A stretch of 63,609 nt of DNA, the filler included, from Chthonomonadaceae bacterium (lineage in GTDB: Bacteria; Armatimonadota; Chthonomonadetes; Chthonomonadales; Chthonomonadaceae): assembly GCA_035650735.1 (NCBI GenBank). It is 5 parts of 5 records of this genome, joined end to end, with 100 filler letters (N's around TTAATTAATTAA, not from the genome) between each part and the next. Parts side by side here need not be neighbours in the genome. Positions count along the whole stretch, not along the records: positions 28,994 to 45,941 come from DASRGZ010000163.1; positions 46,042 to 55,793 come from DASRGZ010000168.1; 3 more parts are not named here. The stretch is one strand, 5' to 3'. The position numbers were made by a program, and so were the translations under genes. Positions 40,183-49,093 of this stretch are shown in pieces; position 1 is the first letter of the stretch; each line of letters starts with the position of its first letter. The notes beneath the pieces were generated by a model that searched no databases, was not told where the DNA came from, and was given only the letters and a program-made list of their open reading frames with translations.

Positions 40183-41063
40183 CAGTACTCCAGCCTTTCG
40201 CGGGTCAGCAGGCGGCGGCTGATCAGAGTCGCCAGCAGCACCAGGAGAAACAGCAGCACGGCGATGGCCGTCCCGTAGCCGATGTTGTACTCCTCAAAGA
40301 CTTTGGAGTACATCAGCGTGGACATCGTGTGCGTGTTGGGAGAGGGACGCCCGTTCTCCATGACCCAGATCGCGTCGAAGAACTTCAGCCCGCCGATGAT
40401 GAGGAAGATGATGCCCGTCGTCAGCACATCCCACATCAGCGGCAGCGTGATATGGCGGAACAGCCCCGCCGAACTCGCCCCATCCAGCCGTGCCGCCTCG
40501 TAGAACGACTCCGGGATGTTCTCCATCGCCGCCAGGAACAGCACCAGATAGAATCCCGTCGCGCTCCAGACGATCATCGGCACCAGCGCCCAGAGCAGGT
40601 GGCTGCTCTCCGCAAAGGCGATAGGCTGCGTCCGGTGGAACCATGATTTCAGCAGGTTGTTGAGCAAGCCCGCTCCGCCGGGGCTGTAGATGAGAATCCA
40701 GAGCAGCGCGATGGCGACGGAACTGATGATATTGGGGAAGAAGAAGGCGATGCGGAACAGACGTGCGCCCTTGATGCGCTGATGGATGACGTAGGCGAAA
40801 AACAGGGCCAGAACCAGGATGATGGAACCGGGCACGACCGTCAGGAAGGCGTTATGATAGAGCGCGGGCAGGAAGTCAGAGCCGCGCGCCAGGATTTTCT
40901 GAAAGTTGGCCAGGCCGATCCAGGTCGGCTTGCCCAACCCGTCCCAGCGCAGCAGGCTGTAGCGGAAGGCGTTAAAGGCCGGGATCAGCACAAAGACGGC
41001 GTACAGCGCCAGCGGCGGGCCGAGGAAGGTGGCGATAAACAGTTTTTGGTCGCGCCGTCTCAT
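40182..41063 (-). CDS. Carbohydrate ABC transporter permease
   Basis: GLANF, EAARLDGAS, HITLPL, GYGTAIA. Confidence 0.92.
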   Translation of the reverse strand: MRRRDQKLFIATFLGPPLALYAVFVLIPAFNAFRYSLLRWDGLGKPTWIGLANFQKILARGSDFLPALYHNAFLTVVPGSIILVLALFFAYVIHQRIKGARLFRIAFFFPNIISSVAIALLWILIYSPGGAGLLNNLLKSWFHRTQPIAFAESSHLLWALVPMIVWSATGFYLVLFLAAMENIPESFYEAARLDGASSAGLFRHITLPLMWDVLTTGIIFLIIGGLKFFDAIWVMENGRPSPNTHTMSTLMYSKVFEEYNIGYGTAIAVLLFLLVLLATLISRRLLTRERLEY

Positions 41064-41080
41064 CTCAATTGGGCACTCCT

Positions 41081-41304
41081 TATGACCTCACCCCCTCTCG
41101 CGGCAGGGTTTAGCCTGCCGCTGTGGGGCCTACGGCCCCCTGCCCGCCTGCACGGGCAGAAGACCTGGGGAGAGCAGAAGCCCTCTCTCCAGGTCTTCTG
41201 CTCTCCCCTCTCCCGCAACGTGGGAGAGGAGGTTAGGGGGTGAGGACGCCTCTACTCCCTACCCCCTATACCCTACCCCCTGCACGAGGAGCCGGGGTGA
41301 GGTT
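41081..41304. repeat. Composite intergenic repeat flanked by 14-bp direct repeats
   Basis: AATTGGGCACTCCT at 41067-41080 and 41305-41318; interior holds hairpins and a heptamer array. Confidence 0.8.
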
Positions 41305-42619
41305 AATTGGGCACTCCTCGCTTCGGCGGCTTGTAGATTTCCGGGTCGCGCCGTATCTCGTCCGCCGCCGCTTCCAATCGCTGAGCGAACTGTTCCGGAG
41401 TCGTCTTGGCGGAGAGCAGATCGGCGAGGGCGTCCTGCAAGGTGGCTTTGGTAAAGGTCAGGTACAGCCCGCTCAGGCGGTCGGAGAAGATGCGTGAACG
41501 GCGTTCCATGATGTCCACCGCGCTTTGCAGATCGGGCGAGATCGGGATGCCTTTGACCGAGTTGCGCACGGGCGAGAGGGTATCGAGCCGCTGGATATAG
41601 GAGTGCGCGCTCTCCAGGCTCGTCATGTACTTGAGGAAGTCCAGCGCCTCCCTGGGGTGCTTGGCTTCCGAGAAGACAAAGAAGTTCTCGCCGCCTCCGG
41701 CGAAGATGGCGCGCGGGTCGCCCTTGCCGCCCTCCACCGTCGGCATGGCGAAGCAGGCCATCTCGAAGCCCGGCGGAATCGTGTTCTTCTGCTCGTTCTT
41801 CAGCCACAGCCCGCACCAGACCAGGGCCGCCCGCCCGTTGACCCATTCTAGCTGGCTCTCCGTGTGGGTCATCGCCATCGCGCCGGGCTGGAAGTACTTC
41901 GTGGACATCTCCTGCAAGAGCCGCGCCGCATGGACGAACTCCGGGTCCAGAAACGCGCCCGGCTCAAGGTCCTGCATCGCGTACCACCGCTCGAACGGTA
42001 CGAGCCGCTGGTAGATGCTCAGCAGCGTCGGCCAGGCGTAGGTGGGATACTTGCCCTGGAAGGCTAGCGGCGCGACCCCTGCCGCCTTGATCTGCTCGCA
42101 CAGGCGCATATACTCCGACCAGGTTTTGGGCACTTTCCAGCCGTGCTCACGAAACTGCCGTTTGTCGTACCAGCAGACCCAGGCGCTCAGGTTCGTGGGC
42201 ATGGCGTAGGACTTGCCCTGATACTGGTAGTCGGAGAGGACGCCGCGCTCCAGCGAGTCACGCCAGGAGATTTGCTGGCCGTAGGCGGGCGTATCCAGGG
42301 CCTCATCCAGCGGATAGAGCTTCCCGGCCACGATGAGCTTCCAGACGGGCAGCGTGCAGTTGGCGAGGTCGGGCGGGTTGCGGCGCAGGATACGCGGCTT
42401 GAGTTTCTCATCCACGCGCGGATCGCCCCAGAGGTTGATGCGAATGTTGGGGTGCAGTTTCTCGTACTGGCGGGCAACGCTCTTGTGCCAGTCAATGCCG
42501 TAGCCGCCCTCAAAGACGGCGACTTCGAGGGTGATCTGCGCGCCGGGTTCGTCGCGCTCCAGAGAGCAGCCCGCACAGAGCAAGCCGATCAGCCCGATTA
42601 TCAGAGCGGTCTTGCGCAT
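41303..42619 (-). CDS. Sugar ABC transporter solute-binding lipoprotein
   Basis: Lipobox LCAGC, FEGGYG, PKTWSE, CGLWLKNE (NgcE-like). Confidence 0.88.
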   Translation of the reverse strand: MRKTALIIGLIGLLCAGCSLERDEPGAQITLEVAVFEGGYGIDWHKSVARQYEKLHPNIRINLWGDPRVDEKLKPRILRRNPPDLANCTLPVWKLIVAGKLYPLDEALDTPAYGQQISWRDSLERGVLSDYQYQGKSYAMPTNLSAWVCWYDKRQFREHGWKVPKTWSEYMRLCEQIKAAGVAPLAFQGKYPTYAWPTLLSIYQRLVPFERWYAMQDLEPGAFLDPEFVHAARLLQEMSTKYFQPGAMAMTHTESQLEWVNGRAALVWCGLWLKNEQKNTIPPGFEMACFAMPTVEGGKGDPRAIFAGGGENFFVFSEAKHPREALDFLKYMTSLESAHSYIQRLDTLSPVRNSVKGIPISPDLQSAVDIMERRSRIFSDRLSGLYLTFTKATLQDALADLLSAKTTPEQFAQRLEAAADEIRRDPEIYKPPKRGVPN

Positions 42620-42625
42620 GGCTGT

Positions 42626-43381
42626 CTATTCGCCATGCAGCGGGAACTCTCCTGTTATCCCGCAACCCAGCATCCGATGCAGGATAGGGTGCTTTTCTTC
42701 GGGGATGCAGGCGAGCCATTCCTGCCAGGTCTGGCATTGAATAATATGGCATATCGCTTCCCAACCAACTAGATTCTAGCTCGTCGCCAAGACAGGCCAC
42801 GCTTGCGCCAAACCCCTCAGGGTAAGCCACTCCACCAAAAACCATGGCAATGCGCCTGGTTCGCGCTTTCTTCAACCTGGAAATATCCAGCTTGGGCTGA
42901 CTGTTTCGGTGCGCGCGTATTCTAAGATGGGCATATTCCGTCAGACCTTGCTCCACAAGTACGTGCTGAGAGGCGAGAAAGGCCAGCATCTCATCCACCC
43001 ATAGCTGTTGCCTTAGTCCCTTTCTGCGCACCGTCACGCGATGGCACATCTCATGCGCAAGGGAAGCTTTCTTCTGCTCGGCCTTCTGCCCGGCACAGCG
43101 GTAACTTCTCAGTATGACAATGTCGTATTCTCGCAGCAAGCGATTTCGAGTACAGGCATTGCGAGCTGGAACAATCTCTGCACGACACTGGCCTCCTATA
43201 AAAATGAAGCTCGCAGCAAGCGATTTCGAGTACAGGCATTGCGAGGGCCATTGAGAAGTATATAGGGCCAACTTGCATCCTCAGGGACGCCAAACCACTG
43301 AACGCATAGCTCATAGGCCCGGTGGCCAAAGATTTCTAACTTCCTATCCTCAATGGGCGAGTGAGGCCAGTTGAACGCCAT
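42626..43381 (-). pseudogene. HEXXH-motif protein interrupted by an 80-bp insertion and a probable second frameshift
   Basis: MAFNWP start after GAGGAAAAG; LAHEMCH..VDEM; frame restored by removing 43130-43209; probable further shift near 42772. Confidence 0.7.
43130..43245. CRISPR. Two identical 36-bp repeats with a 44-bp spacer (CRISPR-like mini-array, no cas genes in window)
   Basis: CTCGCAGCAAGCGATTTCGAGTACAGGCATTGCGAG at 43130-43165 and 43210-43245; the repeat is certain, the CRISPR origin is inferred. Confidence 0.45.
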
Positions 43382-43447
43382 CTTTTCCTCAAAAAAACTG
43401 CAAGTATCGTTAGCCAACCGGACGACAGGCACGTCGCATCGTCCCGA

Positions 43448-43558
43448 TACGGCAGAAAGGAAGCATTCGGCAGCCGAGAGATTGTCTTTGGCAATATAGG
43501 TGGCGTGATTGTAGAGGTCGGTCTGGGCCTCTTCCCGACGATGAATGCTGCGCGCCAT
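43448..43558 (-). pseudogene. ParE/RelE toxin N-terminal fragment
   Basis: AQTDLYNHATYIAKDNLSAAECFLSAV then loss of similarity; directly after an antitoxin. Confidence 0.7.
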
Positions 43559-43561
43559 GCG

Positions 43562-43855
43562 TCAGGCTTTCTGGCCTGCGGCCTCACGCGCCGCCTGATG
43601 CAGAGCGGCCCAATCCTGCTTGGTCATCTCACGCTTAGGCGAGTTCAGGCCGGCAAGGAGGAGTTCTTCGAGGTGATCCTGGTCGCGTATCTCGCTTGGC
43701 CGCTCCGGAGCAGCCCCCTTGAGCGTCTCTTCGTCGGGAGAGAGATCGTTTAAGATGAGCTTGGCAAGCCGCAAGCGCTCTTCGGCAGGCAAAGGCTTAA
43801 TCGTCTGGTCATAGAGTTCGTAGACAGTCATCTTCTGGGTTACCTCCGCGTCCAT
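43562..43855 (-). CDS. ParD-like antitoxin
   Basis: C-terminal LEELLLAGLNS..EMTKQDW; upstream of the ParE fragment. Confidence 0.65.
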   Translation of the reverse strand: MDAEVTQKMTVYELYDQTIKPLPAEERLRLAKLILNDLSPDEETLKGAAPERPSEIRDQDHLEELLLAGLNSPKREMTKQDWAALHQAAREAAGQKA

Positions 43856-43914
43856 TCAACCTAAATTATAACATAGGAGGCTTGAGCCTGAATCCTAGGC
43901 GTACCGCCTGCTTG

Positions 43915-45261
43915 TCAGCCGCCAGCGTCGGAGGAAGGCGAGGCGAGGAGAGCGTCGCGCTCGTCTATCGAGACGGCGGCCTGGTCAGAGAGAGGCTCGC
44001 GCCGCACGATGAGGGCCAGCAGCCCTCCCAGGAAGATCGTTCCCGCCAGGGCCAGCAGTCCGACGGCGAAGCTGTGCGTGGTGTCCCTGAGCCAGCCCAT
44101 CACGTAAGGCCCGACGAAGCCGCCCAGGTTGCCCACCGAGTTGATGAGCGCAATGCCTCCGGCGGCGGCGGCGCTGCCCAGAAAGGCGGTCGTCAGTCCC
44201 CAGAAGGGGCCGAGCATTCCCCAGACGCCGAGCGTTGCCACCGTAAAGGCTAACAGAATGGGCACCGGGCTATGGAGCAAGGCGCTGAGCACCAGTCCCA
44301 CGCAGGCGGTGAGGGCGGAGAGGGTAACGTGCCAGCGCCTCTCGCGCGTGCGGTCCGAGTGCATCCCGATAAGCACCATGCCGACGGTGGCGGCGATATA
44401 CGGGATCGCCGCCAGCCAGCCGACCTGCGCCGTCTGTTCTTTGCCCAGGTGGAAGGCTTTCTGGATGATCTGCGGCAGCCAGAAGGTGATGCCGTAGGAG
44501 GTCAGGGCGAGCGTGAAGTAGAGCAGGCAGAAGAGCCAGACCGCCGGATGGGTGAACGCTTCCCGCAGGGTAAAGTGGCGCTGTATCCGGCTCTGGCGCT
44601 CGGCCTCCAGCCGCCCGAGTATCCAGGCTTTCTCGTCGGCAGACAGCCAGCGCGCCGTCTGCGGGCCATCCGGCAGGTAGGCCAGCACGACAAAGCCCAG
44701 CAGCACAGCCGGTAAGCCCTCCAGCAGAAAGAGCCACTGCCAGCCTGCCAGCCCATGCCCGTTTACGGTGAGCAGCAGGCCGGAAAGCGGGCTGCCGATG
44801 ACCTGCGAGATGGTTCCCGCCGTCATAAACAGGGCCACAACCCGCGCCCGCTCCGCCGCCGTGAACCAGTAGGTCAGATAGAGGATGATGCCGGGAAAGA
44901 AGCCCGCCTCGGCCAGCCCCAGCAGGAAGCGCAGCCCATAGAAGCTGGCCTTATCGCGCGTGAAGAGCATGGCCATTGCGATCAGGCCCCACGAGATCAT
45001 GATGCGCGCGATCCAGCGCCGCGCCCCCACGCGCTCTAAAATCAGGTTGCTGGGCACTTCAAACAGGAAATAGCCGAGGAAAAAGATGCCCATGCCCGCG
45101 CCAAAGACGGTATCGCTGAGGTGCAGGGCTCTGCCCATCTGGAGCTTGGCGAAGCCGACGTTGACGCGATCCAGATAGGCAACGACATAGAGGATAAACA
45201 GAAACGGGATCAGTCGCCGGGTGGCCTTACCAAGAACGACACGTTCGGAAATCGCATTCAA
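43915..45261 (-). CDS. MFS transporter, ACS family
   Basis: YLDRVNVGFA, FEVPSN, GARRWIARI, EAGFFPG, INSVGNLGGF. Confidence 0.93.
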   Translation of the reverse strand: MNAISERVVLGKATRRLIPFLFILYVVAYLDRVNVGFAKLQMGRALHLSDTVFGAGMGIFFLGYFLFEVPSNLILERVGARRWIARIMISWGLIAMAMLFTRDKASFYGLRFLLGLAEAGFFPGIILYLTYWFTAAERARVVALFMTAGTISQVIGSPLSGLLLTVNGHGLAGWQWLFLLEGLPAVLLGFVVLAYLPDGPQTARWLSADEKAWILGRLEAERQSRIQRHFTLREAFTHPAVWLFCLLYFTLALTSYGITFWLPQIIQKAFHLGKEQTAQVGWLAAIPYIAATVGMVLIGMHSDRTRERRWHVTLSALTACVGLVLSALLHSPVPILLAFTVATLGVWGMLGPFWGLTTAFLGSAAAAGGIALINSVGNLGGFVGPYVMGWLRDTTHSFAVGLLALAGTIFLGGLLALIVRREPLSDQAAVSIDERDALLASPSSDAGG

Positions 45262-45480
45262 AGCTTATGTCCCCCTTTTCGCCTGTCACACCGACTCCGG
45301 ACCTCAACCCCGTCTCCTCTCCCAATTCACCTAACCCCCCGTCCCCCTTCCCTACAAGGGAAGGGAGGGACACGACCTGAGACGGTTGTAGCCCTCATCC
45401 CCGGCCCTTCTCCCTGCAAGGGAGAAGGGGGAAGAGAAGCCAGCATGACCTCTGCCCACGCAGGTGGGCAGCGGGCCTCG

Positions 45481-45699
45481 CTAGGTGTCGCAAGGCGGAG
45501 GGCTGTGGCAAGGCAGAGGCAGGGGCCGTAACCCTGCCGACCCTGGCAGTCCGTTGAGCGGCGTCCCTTGCAGTCAGCGGGCCTGGCTAGGCGGAGATCG
45601 CCAGGCAGAGCCGCGAACCGTTGAGCGGCGTCCCTGGCAGTCGAGCGTGCGCAGTTCCGACCCTGGCAGCGCCCCACAGCGGCAGGGTTTAGCCTGCCG
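45481..45699. repeat. Long mosaic of the modular repeat family
   Basis: Modules shared with 1-46, 26544-26677, 39111-39184, 41101-41130. Confidence 0.8.
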
Positions 45700-45941
45700 G
45701 ACGAACGGCCCCCAGAGGCCGCACGCCCCGCACCATCAGTCCCGCACGGCCCAGCGCGTAGCCGCCAATCTGCTTGTTCAGTGGGTCGCGGTAGCCGGCG
45801 CGCACCAGCCTCCGCCACCTATCCGTCCGGTTGATCTCCGAGCCGTGCACCGTGTAGATGCTGAAGGCCACCACGTCCCCAGCTTTCGCCGGACAGGAAA
45901 CGGCATCCTGCAAGCGGTACTTGTCGGTGGGCAGATGGGGC
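45689..45941 (-). CDS. PhyH-family dioxygenase, C-terminal part
   Basis: AKAGDVVAFSIYTVHGSEINRT; cut by contig end. Confidence 0.7.
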
Positions 45942-46041
45942 NNNNNNNNNNNNNNNNNNNNNNNNNNNNNNNNNNNNNNNNNNNNTTAATTAATTAANNN
46001 NNNNNNNNNNNNNNNNNNNNNNNNNNNNNNNNNNNNNNNNN
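45942..46041. other. Artificial contig linker
   Basis: N44-TTAATTAATTAA-N44. Confidence 0.98.
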
Positions 46042-47433
46042 CTGATCCATGCGGCGACGATGGTGGCGGCGGGCGTCTATATGGTGGCAAGGCTGTTCGT
46101 CCTCTTCGCGCCCTCCGGCATCGCCACCAATACCGTCCTGCTCATCGGCGCTTTCACGGCTCTCCTCGCGGCGACCATCGCGCTCGTGCAGTTCGACATC
46201 AAGAGGGTGATGGCCTATTCGACCATCAGCCAGTTGGGTTACATGATGCTCGGCCTCGGCGCCATCGGCCACGCCTACGGCAATGGGACGGTGCGGCAGG
46301 CGGGCCTGCCCTCGGAACCTGTCTTTACGGCGGGGCAGGTCGCCGCAATGTTCCACCTGACCACGCACGCGATGTTTAAGGCGCTGCTGTTCCTGACCGC
46401 CGGTTCCGTGATCCATGCGCTGCACCATGCCGAGGAACCCAACAACCTGCGCCGCATGGGTGGGCTGCTGCAACGGATGCCGGTTACCGCCTGGACGTGC
46501 CTGATCGGCGTGCTGGCCCTGGCGGGCCTGTTTCCCTTCGCCGGTTTCTGGAGCAAAGACGCCATTCTGGGGGTCGCGCTGGAGAGCGGACGGCAGAGCG
46601 CCCTGGCGATGGTTGCGCTGTCCGTTGGAATCCTCGTTGCGGGGCTGACGGCCTTCTACGGGATGCGGATGTGGATGCTGGCCTTTGCAGGCACGCCGCG
46701 CTCCGAGGACGCCGCCCACGCCCGCGAATCGCCGCTGGTGATGACCGTTCCCCTCGTCCTCCTCGCGATTCCGTCCGTCGTGCTCGGCTGGCAACTACAC
46801 CAGGGGCATCATTTCGCGGCCTTCCTGGTTGGCGAGGGACACGCGACTGCCGAGCCGATGAACCCGGTACTGGTGGCATTGACAACGGTTCTGGCGCTGT
46901 GCGGCCTGGGGCTGGCCTGGCGGCTCTACCGCGCGCCAAGCGTGGCGGGCGATCCGGTGGAACGGCTGCCCGGTTACGCTTTTCTCGCCAACCTCTGGTA
47001 CATAGACGCCTTCTGGAACGCGGTTGGGGCGCGCGGCACGCTGGCGCTGGGCCGGGCGGTCGCCTGGTTCGACCGCAACGTCGTGGACGGCCTGGTGAAC
47101 GGGGTGGGAATGGCCTGCCGGATAGGCGGACGGGAACTGCGCCGCGCCACGAACGGGCAGGCGCAGACCTATACCGCCGCTGCCCTGGCCGCGCTGGTCC
47201 TGGCGGTCATAGCGCTCGCCCTGTATCAGAGTTGGGCGACGCCCGCCCACAACGCTGCCTCCCCGCGCCCGGTAGTCAACGCCGTCGGGCGGGCTGCGCC
47301 GGAGCCGTGGCAAGGGAAAGAGGGCTTGAAAGCTGAAGGGTTGCCAGCTCCCTCCAAACAGGGCATCTTCTTTGTAGAAACAACCCGCGAAGGAGAAACC
47401 CGTGCAAATCCGAATTCAGAAATGGGGTCGTAG
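46042..47433 (+). CDS. nuoL: NADH-quinone oxidoreductase subunit L (5' partial)
   Basis: IHAATMVAAG, AYSTISQLGYM, THAMFKALLFL, GFWSKD. Confidence 0.93.
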   Translation: MIHAATMVAAGVYMVARLFVLFAPSGIATNTVLLIGAFTALLAATIALVQFDIKRVMAYSTISQLGYMMLGLGAIGHAYGNGTVRQAGLPSEPVFTAGQVAAMFHLTTHAMFKALLFLTAGSVIHALHHAEEPNNLRRMGGLLQRMPVTAWTCLIGVLALAGLFPFAGFWSKDAILGVALESGRQSALAMVALSVGILVAGLTAFYGMRMWMLAFAGTPRSEDAAHARESPLVMTVPLVLLAIPSVVLGWQLHQGHHFAAFLVGEGHATAEPMNPVLVALTTVLALCGLGLAWRLYRAPSVAGDPVERLPGYAFLANLWYIDAFWNAVGARGTLALGRAVAWFDRNVVDGLVNGVGMACRIGGRELRRATNGQAQTYTAAALAALVLAVIALALYQSWATPAHNAASPRPVVNAVGRAAPEPWQGKEGLKAEGLPAPSKQGIFFVETTREGETRANPNSEMGS

Positions 47434-47644
47434 CCTTGCCGTGCGTATCCCTAAGTCCTTCGCCGCCGAAATTGGGCTGGAACAGGATACACCGGTTGAC
47501 ATTGCCGTGCAGGGCGATAGCCTGGTCGTGTCTCCGGTTCGTCCCGCCTATACGCTCGAACAACTGCTGGCCCAGGTAACGGATCAAAACCGGCACTCGG
47601 AACAGGAGAGCGGGCCTGCCGTCGGTCGGGAAGAGTGGTGCTGA
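47402..47644 (+). CDS. MazE/AbrB-type antitoxin
   Basis: IQKWGRSLAVRIP, YTLEQLL, GPAVGRE; AAGGAG RBS. Confidence 0.88.
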   Translation: MQIRIQKWGRSLAVRIPKSFAAEIGLEQDTPVDIAVQGDSLVVSPVRPAYTLEQLLAQVTDQNRHSEQESGPAVGREEWC

Positions 47645-47695
47645 CGCTGCTTGGCTGAGGCAGGAAGTGAAACCTTCCGGTGAAGAGGAAGCCTG

Positions 47696-48225
47696 ATGAG
47701 TCATTCCATCCCTGTCTATTCGATCTCGCTGCCGGAGTATCGGATCGAACCGGAGACGGACTGGCTGGCCGTCGGCAGGAAACTCGATAGGCTGATCGAG
47801 ACCAACTTTCCAGAGAGAAAGCTCGCGATCCGGTGCATCGGGCTGGTAGACCATCCGGGCTTGTCCCGGGAAGAACTCGTCTCTATCATCGTGGAGACTG
47901 GAACGGATAGATACGATCCGCGACGGGAAGGCGTCCACGCTGATTTTTACCAGGACGTTAACGACATCTTTGCCGGCCCGGCCATCGTAACCAAAGATGG
48001 GCTGAAGACGCTGCGCGTAGGGCGTAAACCCATCCCTTCCGTGATGGCGAGGTTGTAGGACTCTTCTACGATGGGGCGCTTGCAGACAGAGGCTATTCCA
48101 TACGGCTGGACATCCTAATGATCTACGATCTCGATCAGTTGGAGGGAGAAGATGTCCTGTACACGTTCAAACATCCTGATCGGAAACAGGAAGCGTTGCT
48201 AGGAGTTATCAAAATTCTGAGGTAA
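47696..48225 (+). pseudogene. Hypothetical protein with a frameshift near 48047
   Basis: ORF stops at 48058 but a protein-like frame (FYDGALADRGYSIRLDILMIYD..) continues to TAA 48225. Confidence 0.6.
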
Positions 48226-48249
48226 CGTCACAGGAAAGGAACGACGAGG

Positions 48250-49089
48250 ATGGACTTTCCACGCACAATGGTCGGGGGCATTTCGATGCCCCGCCTGATC
48301 TGCGGCACGAACTGGATGTTGGGCTACTCACACACCAGCGCCGCCAAAGACCGCTTCATCCGCGAACAGTTCGACACGCCGCAGAAAATGGCGAAGCTCA
48401 TGGAAGTGTTCGCCCGCGCGGGCTGCAACGCCGTGATGGCTCCGCTCCATGATTTCATCGCGCAGGCCGTCCGGGAAGTGGAGCAGCGCGTCGGAACACC
48501 CATGATCTGGGTCTCCACGCCCGCCTATGCAGAGCACGGCAACCCGGACACCTGGAAGGCGAGCGTAGACCGCGCCCGTGAGATGGGCGCGACGTTCTGC
48601 TTCCCCCATCAGTGCGTGACCGATCCGCGCATTGATCGCGTCCGTCACCGCCTCGACCCGCAGCTTATAGAGCATCTGCGCGTCGTGCGGGAGGCCGGCA
48701 TGATCCCCGGCCTGAGCAGCCATATGCCGGAAGCGATTACCTGCTCGGATGCGTGCGGGGCGGACGTGGAGACCTATATCCAACCCTATAATGCGGCGGG
48801 ATTTCTCTGCCAGGTGGAGACGGACTGGCTGCAGCGGATCATCCATAACGCAAAGAAGCCGGTGATGACGATCAAGCCGCTGGCGGCGGGACGTCTGCTG
48901 CCGCCGACCGGGCTGACCTTCGTCTGGAACACCCTGCGCGACTGCGATATGGTGACCATCGGCACGTTGTGTACCTACGAGGCGGAGGAGGTCATCGAGA
49001 TCAGCCGCGCCTGCCTGGAAAAGCGCAAGCCGGAAGTGACGCTCCAATTCACGCGCAGCAAGGCCAGCCTGGTCGCCACCGGAACCTGA
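48250..49089 (+). CDS. Aldo/keto-reductase-like protein
   Basis: PRLICGTN, IPGLSSH, MTIKPLAAGR. Confidence 0.65.
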   Translation: MDFPRTMVGGISMPRLICGTNWMLGYSHTSAAKDRFIREQFDTPQKMAKLMEVFARAGCNAVMAPLHDFIAQAVREVEQRVGTPMIWVSTPAYAEHGNPDTWKASVDRAREMGATFCFPHQCVTDPRIDRVRHRLDPQLIEHLRVVREAGMIPGLSSHMPEAITCSDACGADVETYIQPYNAAGFLCQVETDWLQRIIHNAKKPVMTIKPLAAGRLLPPTGLTFVWNTLRDCDMVTIGTLCTYEAEEVIEISRACLEKRKPEVTLQFTRSKASLVATGT

Positions 49090-49093
49090 GAGC

